From NCBI GenBank assembly GCA_964036045.1, contig OZ038378.1, positions 79,546,001 through 79,610,000 of the forward strand: a stretch of 64,000 nucleotides of DNA, written 5' to 3'. This document shows, in pieces, positions 1 to 11,469 of this stretch (positions are counted from its first letter, which is position 1; each line of letters opens with the position of its first letter). The notes under the pieces are model-generated. The model saw only the letters and a list, made by a program, of their open reading frames with translations. It did no database searches and was not told the origin of the DNA. Position numbers and translations under genes: made by a program. This DNA is from Eutreptiella sp. 'Long Island Sound 2002'. Lineage: Eukaryota > Protista > Euglenida.

Positions 1-551
1 CGTTCACGGGTTTGCGGTTCTTGTGTGCACTATTTCGCGCTGCCTTTTGTCCCCTAGCGCCTCTTGCACCCTTTTACAGGTGAAGGCTCCGAAGGGCAAG
101 CCACATGCGCCACATGTGGTGCAAGACGTCCGCAACAAGAAGGATGGCTTCTTGTTGCCTTTTCGGATGGGGCTGAGTGGCCCGAACCCGACGAGGTCCG
201 TGGCAGACAAACCTCACAACCCCTCTTCTTTTCAAGGCCATTGCCGTTGGCCCAGCAAGCACACTCACAGCCAACCCCACAGAGGTTTCATCGGTAGGCG
301 GCGCTTCCATTGGGGCACCGAAGCCGTTATTTGTTGCGTTGTGAATGCTTTTTCGACGTTCAGATGAATGGTGGCGGCTGCGACCGCTGCTTTGCGTGGA
401 CCATGCAGGGTGCACGGACACCGTTTCAAGAAAGCAAAGAAAGCAAGAATCGAATCCTTTGTGCTGCCGCCCGCATTGACCCCATGGCCCTTTGCCCAAC
501 CCATGTCCCCGCAACGTGCCCTGTGTGTGTTTCGTGTGATACGCGCTCTAC

Positions 552-2194
552 GTGTCCACTTCTGCTTCTGCCTTCGGAGGTCGTGTTACGCGTTCTGCGT
601 GTGCTGTGTGTTCTGCGCCTTCCGCCCATGTTGCCTCTGCTGTTGCCTCTGGAACTGCCACTGGTGTGTTGCGTGTTCTACAGAGTCTCATTTCTCAACA
701 ATCGTTTTTTGTGATGCCACCAAAAGTTCAGCCACCGCTGTACGACCATAGGCTCCCACGGGAGGACTGTGCGGCCGATGTCCAGTACGGTATCCGGCCC
801 GGGGAGTCCTGGCTCATCGGCTATATTGAGGACGAGGTGTGGGACCATATCATGGCCCCCATAGAGAATCTACAATGCCAAGCCCTACGGGACCACGGAA
901 GGCCAGGCCTGCTACCTCTAGTACCTCGGTACAATGCATTTCTAATTCTATTGGGGATGGTGCGACCCATGCAGGTTGACGTGGTTTGGGACCGCAAGGG
1001 CCTATTATACAATCCCTATATGACAAACATGCTGACGCGTCGCCAATATTACTTGCTGCAACGGTTGCTACGTACCGATGTGGTCTCGCTACTGGAAAAC
1101 TGCAATGGCCAATGGGCGGGAGCGTGGTGCATGGGGGGTGGGGCCTGCGGCGATAAGTCCGTGGTGCCCCACAAGGGGATGCTGGCGGGCCCCTTGAAAA
1201 TGTTCATTGCCCGGAACTGCACCCAACCGGGATAAAGTTGTATTGCCTGGCGGACGCCACATGGGGGTACGTGGTGGACATGTATTTGTGCACCGGTATA
1301 CGGGGCAGACTACGCCGCTACGGCACTGTGGCGGGAAACTTTGATGCCAAAAATATCATGAAGTTGCGGGCATCATTGCTACCCGAGGGGACGGTGCTAT
1401 GTGCCGACTCCTTTTTCGGGTCCCACGGCCTCGCAAAGGAATTGCCCGCCAACAAGCGGGCATTCCTCATGATGACGAAGAGGTCCACGTACGGCGTGAC
1501 ATGGGCCGGGGAGCAGGTGCAGGAGGGGCAGACGGCAGTGTTCACTGTTGCGGATTTCCAGTACAGTTTGTGCGTGTACAAGAATCCGAAGGTCGGGCAC
1601 AAACCCCCCCGCGTTGTGCCGATGTTGACGAATGTGTGTTTTGCCCGAAAGGGACCACCTCACCGGCGAAGCGGGCGCGAAGTGCACCCCGTGGTGGCGG
1701 CGTACAGCACACTGTCGCGCGGTGTCGATGGTGTGAACCGGATGGCCCTGCAGATGAGGCAGGTTCGCCGCCAGATGACATGGGCCCACGCGGTGCGTGC
1801 GTTCGTGCATCAGTGCGCGGTTGTGAATGCGTTCGCAACTTGCCGGCAATTGGGACTTTGCAAGGAGACCACTAGTATGTGGGAGTGGCAATGGCAAGTG
1901 TTGCGGCGGCGGTACTTGGCCCACCCCCTCCGACAAGAGGTGCACGTACCGGTGGCGACACAACGGCGGCGTGTGTGCCACTTTTGCAAGAGGGGAAGAA
2001 CCGGTTATGAATGTACTAGTTGTGGAAAGGTGTTCCACGTGTTGTGCTTTGCACCGCGACATGGCTGTGGAGGTGTGCAAGGCGCACGGGACAGGGAGGT
2101 AGACGAGGAGGACGAGGAGGTGTGGGAGAAGGACCATGAGGAGGACGATGAGGAGGGGGAGGACGAGGAAGGCGAGGGGGACGAGGAGGACTAG
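552..2194 (+). pseudogene. piggyBac-family DDD transposase with one -1 frameshift near 1215
   Basis: Motifs GDKSVVPHKG, (PT)GIKLYCLADATWGY, LCADSFF and YSTLSRGVDGVN, plus a C-terminal Cys-rich domain CHFC...CTSCGKVFHVLCF. ORFs 552-1235 and 1238-2194 join if 1 nt is restored at cggaa-ctgcacccaaccgggataaag. Confidence 0.85.
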
Positions 2195-2290
2195 GAGGGT
2201 GAGGAGGATGAGGAGGATGAGGAGGACGAGGAGGATGAGGAGGATGAGGAGGACGAGGAGGATGAGGAGGATGTGGAAGATGAGGAGTAG
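2093..2290 (+). repeat. GAG/GAT/GAC trinucleotide-like acidic repeat spanning the transposase stop codon
   Basis: gaggaggatgaggaggacgag runs. Confidence 0.9.
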
Positions 2291-4189
2291 CGTGGTGGAA
2301 TGGGGGGCTTGAACGAGACGATCATGGAGGTGGAGCCTCTGCTGTCCCTACCCATGGGATCAGTGCGAACCCTGGGGGACAACCGCGTAGGCTGGATACC
2401 CAACTGTGAGGACGGGGCCCCTCCTCGATGTGCGCCCGTGTGCAAACCGACGTGCTGCGCGTTCTGCGCGTTGTGCGCGTTCTAGTATTTCAATTCTGCA
2501 CGTGCCTCTGGAAGCGTGTGTTCGGCGTGCTACGCGTTCTGTGCGTGTTACTTGGTCTGTACGTGTTGTACGCGTTGTGCGCGCTCTACGCGTTTTCAAA
2601 ACCTTACGTGCAACACCGTTGGCTGCAAAAGCGCGCCTCCGGCCAAAGACATACAGATGGTAGACAAAGAAATATGTTGGCTGTTTTCCGGGGGCGCGCG
2701 AGCCACCCACCCAGCTAGGGGGGGCTGAAGGAGAGGGGGGCTCTCCAAAGCCTCCCAGCCAGCAAGCCGCGGCTAGGCGCAGCTCCATAAGAGAAACCTC
2801 AGTCTGATGTAAACATTGATGAAGTCGTGGACCGGCAACCAATGCTAAGGGTTCGAATTGCGTGTTGAGGCGTTTACCAGATTCCGGACCGGGGAACAAG
2901 TTGCCGTACGTTGCATCAAAGTGCCCCACGGAACCAACAGTGCCCAAATTGAGGATACTCCGTGTTACACCCCCCCTTGGTGACAGCCCATCGGAGGGCG
3001 TCGCACACCCCTAATCAGTCATTTTGCCATAAAGATGGCAAAGTTGGCTTGGCTTGTTGAATGACACTAGGGTTAATTTGTTGTTCCATAGGAAAAGCAC
3101 AGAACTTCCTAAGTTGCACGTCGCGTGCATAGGGTCCCGTAAACTTTGAATCTGTGAAGTTTCTGGTTAATTTTGTGTAGAAGCAGACGACGAAGATAAT
3201 GTGCTGCGAAACAGAGCGGCCTACTATAACATAAGCGTTGAAAGTTTAGTTCATCATGCGAGCACTCCTTCATCGCCGACGTAGAGGTACTTGACAATTC
3301 AGCATAAACAAGGATCCGTGTTGCTGGGGGTGTGATACCTAGGATGCCGACCATTGCCGTTCATGGCTTTTCGTGCTGTGCATGATGTCTTCTGTGTAGG
3401 GAAGGTAGTTGCAACTGTCTTCAGCTCGGGTAGTTTGGACGGTTAATTTTAAGGGCGCTTGGAATAGGTGTGACCGGATGCTCTTCGAGGGAAGCTTGGT
3501 CTGAAAGTAGTGCACACTGCGCGTGTTCTACAACGACGCGCCTTCCGTGTCTACCACGTAAGGAGCTATGGCCTCGACATTTCTTCTGTGCGCCGGCATC
3601 ATGTGATTCCTTTGAGGTTCAAGTCCATGGCCGCCTGCCGCAAGGTGGTGTCCCATATAGCATTGCTGTCCACAACACAAGCGGTTGCAGCATCCCCCAA
3701 CCGTTTGCATGACAAGTTTACATCGTGGACGACGGGCGTTGTTCAGAAGGACCAATACCCATCGGCCATGGCCTCCAATCTAACCCGTGGCCCAAAACCT
3801 ACCGCTACCTTCCTTACCCCCTCACTTTGTGCCGCCTTTAGTCCATTGTCCCCCATGCTCTACCCCCTACTACCCCTTTGATGAGTGCAACCATCTACGT
3901 GATTGGGCACTTCTGCGGCAGCATGTCCCAAAGGTGGTTCCACGTACACCACCGTGTGTTCCATGTACACCACAACACGTCCCACCCGCATTTGGGGTGT
4001 AACACAGTAAGGGGGTGCATAGTAACCCCCCCTTACTGAGTTTGACTTTGCCCCCCCTCCCAAACATGTGTCCCGGTTGTTTTTCTCCACCCTGGGTGGT
4101 CCAACACACTTCCCTATGTCCACTCTAGAGGTGTATAACTTCGTTTACCCGGAACTCCATGGTGTGTCGATTTCGCGAAACCCCCCCAA

Positions 4190-4359
4190 AACTCAGCAAC
4201 CCCCCTTACTGACACCCTTACTACCGCAGTAACCCAACTCAGTAAGGGGGGTTACTGACCCCCTTAGTGACTCAGTAACCCCCTTACTCACTCAGTAACC
4301 CCCCCTTATTGACCCCCCTTACTGAGTCAGTAACCCCCTTACTGACCCCCCTTACTGTG
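4190..4359. repeat. Type-A array (mainly C-rich orientation): CCCCTTACTGA(C/G)TCAGTAA
   Basis: Tandem degenerate copies of the pseudo-palindrome TTACTGASTCAGTAA separated by C runs; ends ccccttactgtg. Confidence 0.9.
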
Positions 4360-4412
4360 TTTTAACCGTAGCAACACTAGGGCACGAACAAATCAGGCAA
4401 GTATCAAATGTA

Positions 4413-6068
4413 TCACTCAGCCCTTCGTCGTTTGCGTGCCAACAAAGCCTCCCTTTGTCCTCCCTTGGCCTTGCGCAATTGTACACCCACCGCGAGTGCA
4501 TCCGTGTTGACCACATGGGCCATACCACGCCTCGTCACTCGCGGCTTCTTCAAGCACCAACCTCTCATGCTGTTTTTCAACCGGACTTTGAAGGTCCGGT
4601 TGCGGTACTCAATGGGGATGCTAGAGAACGGGTACAAAGACCTATACATCCCCAAAATTTTGCCACTGTGACACGCGGCCCAATGGGCCCACGGTGTGGG
4701 CTTCCACCCCAAGGCAGTCCAACACTCGCCAAACTGACGGGCATGTGCCTGAGCTTGGGCAACTTGAGTGGGGGTGAGGTACTCCTTTTCCCTCCACAGA
4801 CTATACATACCTGCGAAAGACCGCAACAATAGCTTAATGAGGACATGGGCACGCATTCCTCTCTCCCCGACCACCTCACACTCAAAGTGGCTACACAAGA
4901 TCACAACCAACTTGTGTGGTGTTTGGTGATTCTTCCATAACAAGGCACTGGAGGTCAGACTTAACTTTTCGTCCTTTGTTTGTTTCTGCTGCAAGCGTTC
5001 AGCAGGTGGGATTGCCTCTGCCTCAACTTGTACATGCTGATGGAGTTCCTGTAACTCCTTCACAGCACCACGCTTGCTGTGGTCGGTTGCTACCCAATCC
5101 TCAACCATCCAACCCACCCGTGTCACAATGGCATTTAAAACACGGCAGGCACAATGATTATAATCACCAATGCGCCGCCTTGGTGGGACGGAGGTAAGAA
5201 AAGAGCCCCAACGGCACAGGGCCTTGACAAAATCGGTGGGAACCATGCTTCCCACATTGCCACAACACCAACACTTGTCGCCAGGGTTACTGACTAACAT
5301 CAGCTTTTCATCCCCGGTGACAAACACCTCAAAAGTGTACCTTGTACCCCCCCACATTGTATCCCGATCCTGCTCAAGGTCTTCAACCTCCCTGTCTAGG
5401 CCGGCAAGCCGGTCGACGGCACGGAGGCATCGTCCATCGTCAGGACCATCAAGGGCCCACCATGTGGCCCACCTCCTTACATCGCTAGCTCGACTCGGGG
5501 TACCCCACACGTGGACGTAGACGTCGCAGCGCGTGGCCGATGTGCGCCACAGGGGTGTGGCATCTGGGGCTACAATGACCTTGATCTTAGTGTCCGTAGG
5601 GGGAGGCATTTGGCACTGTTGTGCCAATGCAACTTGTGTGCTCACCACATCCCATAGTGGGACAGCGGCAGCGGCTCTTTGGGACATGCCACTGCCAAAG
5701 ACAGCCATCGGGTGGGCCGTGTAGGGGCGCATGTGGCGGCGGGCTTTATCCAAGTCGGCCCGCTTGCAAGTGCGTGGCAGCTTGTATAACTGCCGCACAC
5801 TAGCTTGCATGTCGATCATCCGCTCAACAAGGGAAGCAGCCTTCTCCACGGGGGTATCAGAGTCGTCACCGCCGTCACTTGGGATGCCCAAGGTTATCCC
5901 CGTGCCCGCTATGGCAACGTTGGTGACGTTGGTGCCTAGCAGGGCGCTTGCCACGCGTGCAAGGCACTTCTTGCGTTGTGCCTTGGTCTTGGCGTCTTTG
6001 AGGGCTTCCAGTGGTGTAAGGGTGAGACGTTGTAGGTGCGCCTCAAACGTATCCACCGCCGCTTCCAT
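4413..6068 (-). CDS. Transib/RAG1/CMC-type DDE transposase, uninterrupted 551 aa (element A)
   Basis: IVAPDAT (D1), FVTGDEKL (D2; compare RAG1 TGYDEKL), CWCC, DYNHC (compare RAG1 DALHC), TPWAHWAACH (compare RAG1 TNYFHKTLAH), FSSIPIEYRN (E). Confidence 0.8.
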   Translation of the reverse strand: MEAAVDTFEAHLQRLTLTPLEALKDAKTKAQRKKCLARVASALLGTNVTNVAIAGTGITLGIPSDGGDDSDTPVEKAASLVERMIDMQASVRQLYKLPRTCKRADLDKARRHMRPYTAHPMAVFGSGMSQRAAAAVPLWDVVSTQVALAQQCQMPPPTDTKIKVIVAPDATPLWRTSATRCDVYVHVWGTPSRASDVRRWATWWALDGPDDGRCLRAVDRLAGLDREVEDLEQDRDTMWGGTRYTFEVFVTGDEKLMLVSNPGDKCWCCGNVGSMVPTDFVKALCRWGSFLTSVPPRRRIGDYNHCACRVLNAIVTRVGWMVEDWVATDHSKRGAVKELQELHQHVQVEAEAIPPAERLQQKQTKDEKLSLTSSALLWKNHQTPHKLVVILCSHFECEVVGERGMRAHVLIKLLLRSFAGMYSLWREKEYLTPTQVAQAQAHARQFGECWTALGWKPTPWAHWAACHSGKILGMYRSLYPFSSIPIEYRNRTFKVRLKNSMRGWCLKKPRVTRRGMAHVVNTDALAVGVQLRKAKGGQREALLARKRRRAE

Positions 6069-6129
6069 TATAAAAAGCTGTGCACAAGGAAAACGGCATC
6101 CTTGTTGCGTTGGTCTCTACTCATCAATT

Positions 6130-6402
6130 GGGGGCAGTAAGGGGGGTCAGTAAGGCGGTTACTGACTCAGTAAGGGGGTCAGTAAGGGGGGGGTTACTAA
6201 GTCAGTAAGGGGGTTACTGAGTCAGTAAGGGGGGGTCAGTAACCCCCTTACTGACTCAGTAACCCCCCCCCCTTACTGACTCAGTAAGGGCGTTACTGAC
6301 CCCCCCTTACTGACTCAGTAACCCCCTTACTGACTCAGTAACCCCCCCCTTACTGACCTCCTTACTGAGTCAGTAACCCCCTTACTGACCCCCCTTACTG
6401 AC
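6130..6402. repeat. Type-A array, G-half followed by C-half (internally inverted)
   Basis: CAGTAAGGGG copies to ~6240, then CCCCTTACTG copies; closely similar to 8213-8481. Confidence 0.9.
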
Positions 6403-6640
6403 CTAGAAAGTGGTGTACCGAGGCAGCTGTTTTCCTAGGGGTTGAATGTTGTTTCCCTCTTTTAGATGGTATGCCCATGCCATGGACAGTAGCAAAGCGT
6501 TGCACAACACAAAAGGACATTGTCTGCACCCTCAAGTCACAAGAGTTGGAAAGATTGTTGATATCGGTGGACCTCTCATGAAACACATCATCACTGCGCC
6601 AACCACATTGTCATTGCTCAGAAAAGGAATTGGCCGTGCC
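6395..6640 (-). pseudogene. Possible degenerate 2OG-oxygenase C-terminal fragment
   Basis: FATVHGMGIPSK resembles VHWGGGIPKA and VHRGSGIPKA in the A and B oxygenases. Confidence 0.25.
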
Positions 6641-6900
6641 TTCAGGCACCCGATCACGCACCCATTCATGAGCCCATTCACGCGCCCAATCACGCATCCA
6701 ATGACCCATCCCTTCATGAGCCCTTTCACGCACCCATTGACGCGCCCATTCACGTGTCTAATGACCCATCCGTTCGGGAGCCCATTCACGCACCCATTCA
6801 CGCGCCCATTCACGCACCCATTCAAGCGCCCATTCACGCGCCCATTCACGCGTCCAACCACCCATCCATTCATGCGCCCGGTCGCACGCCCAACGACGCG
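6640..6900. repeat. ~12-bp tandem repeat (CACGCGCCCATT-like)
   Basis: cacgcgcccattcacgcacccattca repeated; it produces the spurious THPF/NGRV ORFs. Confidence 0.9.
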
Positions 6901-6917
6901 TGCACCTGCATGCTTCA

Positions 6918-8118
6918 CTACTTCTTCCCTTGTCCGATCACCTGCAGCAATTCATTCTTGTGCCTTGCTACCACCTGTGCCTCTGTCTCTGCCTTTTCTC
7001 GTGCCGAGCGTTCTTCGGCGGTCTTCTGCCTTTTGGCTTGGACCGCCTCTTGGAGCGTGCGCACTTGCACTTCCAACTCCACGATCCTACCTTTCTGCTG
7101 AGCGGTCACTTGCCGCATTGCGGCCAAGTCCGCCTCTGCTTTGGACGCCTTACCCTTGGCGGCCTCCTTCACGATCCTCTCGAGGCGGTCCGGTAGTCCC
7201 ACAAGCGCGCTCATTGCGTCTTGTGTGTCCTCTGGGACTACCTCGCTGACCGACTCGGAGACAACACGCCCGACAACCGCACGGAGCTCCGACAACGTCA
7301 ACCCGTCCCCAACTTGAGGAGCCCCCCCCCCCCCCCGCCCTCGACGTTCCTCTGCTGCCCCTGCCTCTTCCTCTTGTCCTTCCCTTGGGACGGGGGGGAG
7401 GAGGACTGGGACGAGGTCTTCGACTGTCCAGCAGGGGAGGGGGGCTGCTCATCCTCGGGCGCCTCTCGCTTGATCCCCCTCCCCGAGGGCCCCATGAGGT
7501 GCTGCTCCTCAAGCCACGCTTGCTGCGCAGTTTCTGCAAGCCCCCTTGCCGGCCCGCCCACGCCACGCATTTGCCCAAGTCCGCGCAGCTTCATCCGCTT
7601 CCCATTTTCGTCGATGCAGATGTAATAGTGCGCGGTGTTGGCACGTGAGAAGCTCGTCCAAAGCCAAAATTGCGGCGCCGGCTGGCCCGCGGCCTCCACT
7701 CCATCCACGCCCACCGGCAGCTGCACCTTCACCGTTTGCATGGTCTTCTGCTCCTGCAACGATGGGCGGGAAGGGTAACTAAACGATTTCAACTGAAGAC
7801 CTCCGCCACGTACAAGGAACTAGCCCCTTTATTTCCTTTGGGGCATATCAACCTGCAAACTTAAATCCCGCGACATGTCGCACCTACACATACCTTGAAT
7901 TTCAGCTCAAATTCTTTGTGCCACGTGGTCTGCCCAACAGACCACACGGCAGACCCCGCATTGAGGACAACGGGGGTTGATCCCGTGGGCCACTGCACGG
8001 TATTCACCGAGGTCGGACCCACCACTGTTGCAGCCTGGAGTGTGGCCGGCTTTGCACTACCCGCCTTGGGTGCCACGTCCTCCAAGGGGAGATCTGCCGG
8101 GATCAACCGGGGCAGCAA
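6918..8118 (-). pseudogene. Element A gene 2: unknown N-terminal domain, low-complexity linker, C-terminal coiled coil (fragmented)
   Basis: ORFs 7861-8118, 7298-7792 and 6918-7301 are collinear; the last is heptad-rich (ELEVQVRTLQEAVQAK). Confidence 0.55.
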
Positions 8119-8212
8119 GTCAACGGTAGCCTACAACACATAGGGATGCAGGCAACCCCCTTCCACACCCCCTCAGAGCCCACTCCTACCCTAACCCAGT
8201 TACAACTCGTAA

Positions 8213-8481
8213 AACTCAGGAAGGGGGGTTAGTATGGGGGTTACTGACTCAGTAAGGGGGGTCAGTAAGGGGGGGTTACTGAGTCAGTAAGGGGGTTACT
8301 TAGTCAGTAAGGGGGGGTCAGTAACCCCCTTGCTAACTCAGTAACCCCCCCCCTTACTGACTCAGTAAGGGGGTTACTGACCCCCCCTTACTGACTCAGT
8401 AACCCCCTTCCTGAGTCAGTAACCCCCCCCCTTACTGAGTCAGTAACCCCCCTTACTGACTCATTAAGCCCCCCCTTACTG
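8213..8481. repeat. Type-A array, G-half followed by C-half
   Basis: Same architecture as 6130-6402. Confidence 0.9.
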
Positions 8482-8760
8482 TCATCTGGCATTTGTCTGT
8501 GCCTGTGGTCTGTGACTATCTGTGACTGTTTGTGACTGTCTGTGACTACCTGTGATTGTCTGTGACTGCCTGTGACTGGCCTGTGACTGGTCTGTGAGTG
8601 TCTGTGACTGTCTGTGACCGTCGGTGACTGGTCTGTGACTATGACTGTCTGTGACTGTGACTTGCCTGTGACTGTGAATGTCTGTGACTGTGACTTGCCT
8701 GTGACTGTCTCTAATTGTCTGTGACTGTCTGTGATCTTCTGTGACCACCAATTGTGATGA
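8482..8760. repeat. TGTGACTG/TCTGTGAC simple tandem repeat
   Basis: gtctgtgactg units abutting the type-A array. Confidence 0.9.
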
Positions 8761-8891
8761 AATTAAACACATAAATTAAGCCCAGATCATGTGGTGATGC
8801 ACAAGCACAGGCAGGGGAAGGGAGGAAACCTTTTAACCATCCAAATGAATAGCACGGAAATGCAATTGCAAGCAAGGTCTCGTTGATTCAT

Positions 8892-11080
8892 TCATTGCAA
8901 GTCATTTGAAACAAAAAAAAACAAATGCAAGGCACAGGGGCAAAACAGGCAGCAATGCATACAAAAAATAGCAAAGGCAAAAGAGGAAAGAAACGCATTC
9001 ACCTGATGACATTCACACATGTAGTCCCCCTTCTTGCCTTGGGGGTCGTCCCGCACGTGACCCGAGCCCGCCAGCACGGAGATGTCCATAATGGGCATGC
9101 GGGGGGGCAGCAGGTTCCACCACCAGGCCGTCACCTCGTCGTTGTCAGTTGTGGGCACTTGGAACCCTGCAAATGGACCCCCATTAACAACGAGGATGGT
9201 GCCCGCCTTGGTCTTCAAGACCATGCGGCAACCGCCAACACCCGGCTGCGGTAGCGGGGCGTCATCCTCGTGTTGCACCCGGAATGGCCAGTCACTCGGC
9301 GCAGGGGTGGTGTCCTCAGGGACAGGGCTAGCATCGAACGGCACAGTAGCATCATGTGCCGTCAGCAACTCGCCTCCACCCGGCATCAGGCATGTCAGCA
9401 TTGTGGGGAAGTGGCTTGGCAGCGCGTTGCTGGGCTGGGCTACTGGCGCCTCATTCGCGGGCTCCTCGCAAGCGGTGCACAACACACCCTTGTGTGTCCC
9501 ACACAACAACGCTTGCTTGCACCCGAAACACCGCGCACTCGACCCACCCACCTTCCGCCTGCACGACACCACACCACACACTTCCTTGCCCACCGCCTCC
9601 GCCTCACGCCGTACCCATGGGGGGGGGGACCACAGGGTCTGTGACATCGTAGTCAACCGGGACGGCTGACAGTCCGCAAAATGCAACCACGCGCGGGAGG
9701 GCATCCATGTCACCGGGCGCAGGGAGGTCCAAGGCCTTAGGAATACCCCCCCCCCCAATGGACCAACAAACTATGAATGATCCACAGGTCGTTGCGGCGC
9801 ATTCCCATCGGCACTTCATGCCACGGGTCGGGGGTGCATCTTGTGGACCCGTACACAAATGTGCTCTCGGTGCCATCAAGCACGTCCAAGTCCATGGTGA
9901 CGGGAGAGAATGCCGACCATGCGAATTGACCGCTTGGCAAAAAATCAGGCGGAAAATCGCGGTGCGGAAACTGCGGGTCATGTGTATTGGCGATGATATA
10001 GGCCACCGCCGTCACCATGTGGCGGAGCTGGGTGGCTTCATCGACCTGGTGCCGCACATGTGCAGCCCAGCGCAAGAGCGCGGGTAAGGGGTGCTCGACA
10101 CCCAGGAACTGGGTCCTCACCAAACCCGGCGGGGGGGGAGGCGGCACACCGTACACCACTTGCCGTGCGAGACCATCCTCAGGGCGCGCATACGTGGGCA
10201 TGGTGCTATTAAAAATGTTCTTGCGCAGCTTGTGGTCCAAACCACCAAACTCACTGCGGAGGTCTGCCGTAAACGAGGCAACCCCACCTTGAGCAAACCA
10301 ATGCTCGAACTCGAGCAAATTTTCCTTGACCTGGTTAACCATTGGGGCAGGGGGCAGAACAATGGCGGTGCGAGGCTCAGCGCTACCTAGCAAACATGGG
10401 CCGCTCTGGAGTGGTAGAGCTAAAATAGTCCCGGTGGTGTATTTCGTTGGTGTTGTTGCACCAGGAAGGTCTTCGAGCCAAGCTTGTGGCTGGCGGCTGT
10501 GAACAGAGTAAACCGGCACCCGCTCCTCACAATCTGTTGAGCGAACATAGCGAAGTTGCTGCACGCATTGTTGGGGGCACCATTGTCCCTCTTGAAAATC
10601 GCGAGGTTTCGGCTTCTGGACACTAAATTGAACTGCACCATACAACGGTGCAACCCAAAGTTTTTGGGTTTTGTTCACTGTTGTGGTGATTTCCTTATCG
10701 AGCACTTTGGTAAGGTGGTCATACTCTGCGAAAGGGAGGCGGATCTGGAAACACGGCACGTGGGGGTGGCGAGCTGCAATGTCGAGGATAAAATCGGAAA
10801 GCACACACGGTGCCCTCTTGTCGAAGAGGGGGAAAGTCACCTTGACGGAACCAAAATCCGTATCCGCGGGAAACTCAACGAACTCACTCGCATGCTTAAC
10901 AACCGCACCATGCTCGACAAACCCATCCCCCCCCCCGTACCCGCGTGTCCCAACTAGGTTATTGACATGGTTGACCCACGTTAGGACGGGCGGGAAGGCA
11001 GCCAGCAGCCCAGCACAAGCCATGGCACTCCGGGGCCACAAAAAGTCTAAAAGGTGAACAAAAGTGTGCAGGAAGGACAC
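8892..11080 (-). pseudogene. Element A 2OG-Fe(II) dioxygenase (PhyH-like) with C-terminal Cys/His zinc-finger-like domain; two frameshifts, both in homopolymer runs
   Basis: QFPHRDF (HxD), LLVHWGGG (distal H), LPRVVAF (R), then CGVVSC...CFGC...CGTH...CTAC. Frame changes fall in the C/G runs at ~9745-9756 and ~9619-9628. Confidence 0.75.
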
Positions 11081-11088
11081 AACGCAAA

Positions 11089-11288
11089 ACTCAGTAAGGG
11101 GGGTCAGTAAGGGGGTTACTGAGTCAGTAAGGGGGGGGTTATCGAGACAGTAAGGGGGGGTTACTGAGTCAGTAAGGGGGTTACGGAGTCAGTAAGGGGG
11201 GTTTAGTAAGGGGGGTTACTGCTCAGCAAGGGGGTTACTGACCCAAGGTCAGTAACCCTTACTGACCCAAACGGGGGGGGTTACTGAC
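11089..11288. repeat. Type-A array, mainly G-half (subterminal)
   Basis: CAGTAAGGGGGGTTACTGAGT copies; inverted relative to 4190-4359. Confidence 0.9.
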
Positions 11289-11469
11289 TTTTTTCAACTT
11301 TGTCTACCGAGGGCATACGGACGGAGAGACACATGTCCTTCCCTATTTTGGACATGGAGAACAGAAATATGCGCCTAGGTCCTAGCAATATGGGCAGATG
11401 TGGTAATGGCAGAGGTGTCCATTTTTGGGGGGTTACTATGCACCCCCTTACTGTGTTACACCCCATTGT

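Larger units (their letters stand above)
1..3076 (+). mobile_element. piggyBac element, right part; terminus ...CACTAGGG at 3072 followed by TTAA (3073-3076); left end outside the window
   Basis: The reverse complement of the end starts CCCTAG and abuts TTAA, the canonical piggyBac terminus and target. It lies downstream of the transposase. Confidence 0.6.
3994..11464 (-). mobile_element. Element A: 7.47-kb multi-gene TIR DNA transposon (oxygenase > coiled-coil gene > Transib/RAG1-like transposase)
   Basis: Perfect 38-bp inverted repeat at 3994-4031 and 11427-11464 (GGGGTGTAACACAGTAAGGGGGTGCATAGTAACCCCCC). Flanks are ATTT/ATTG. Three minus-strand genes are separated by type-A arrays. Confidence 0.8.

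Noticed and set aside
2955-2980. gtgttacacccc as another element-A terminus
   Set aside because: Only about 12 bp match, there is no adjacent type-A array, and it lies inside the piggyBac end.
3100-3880. Possible Ulp1 protease or tyrosine recombinase remnant
   Set aside because: Only scattered residues across several frames; no complete catalytic motif.
6446-7249. 267-aa plus-strand ORF and the overlapping NGRV/HAPI ORFs
   Set aside because: Translations of the 12-bp tandem repeat and the antisense of gene 2.
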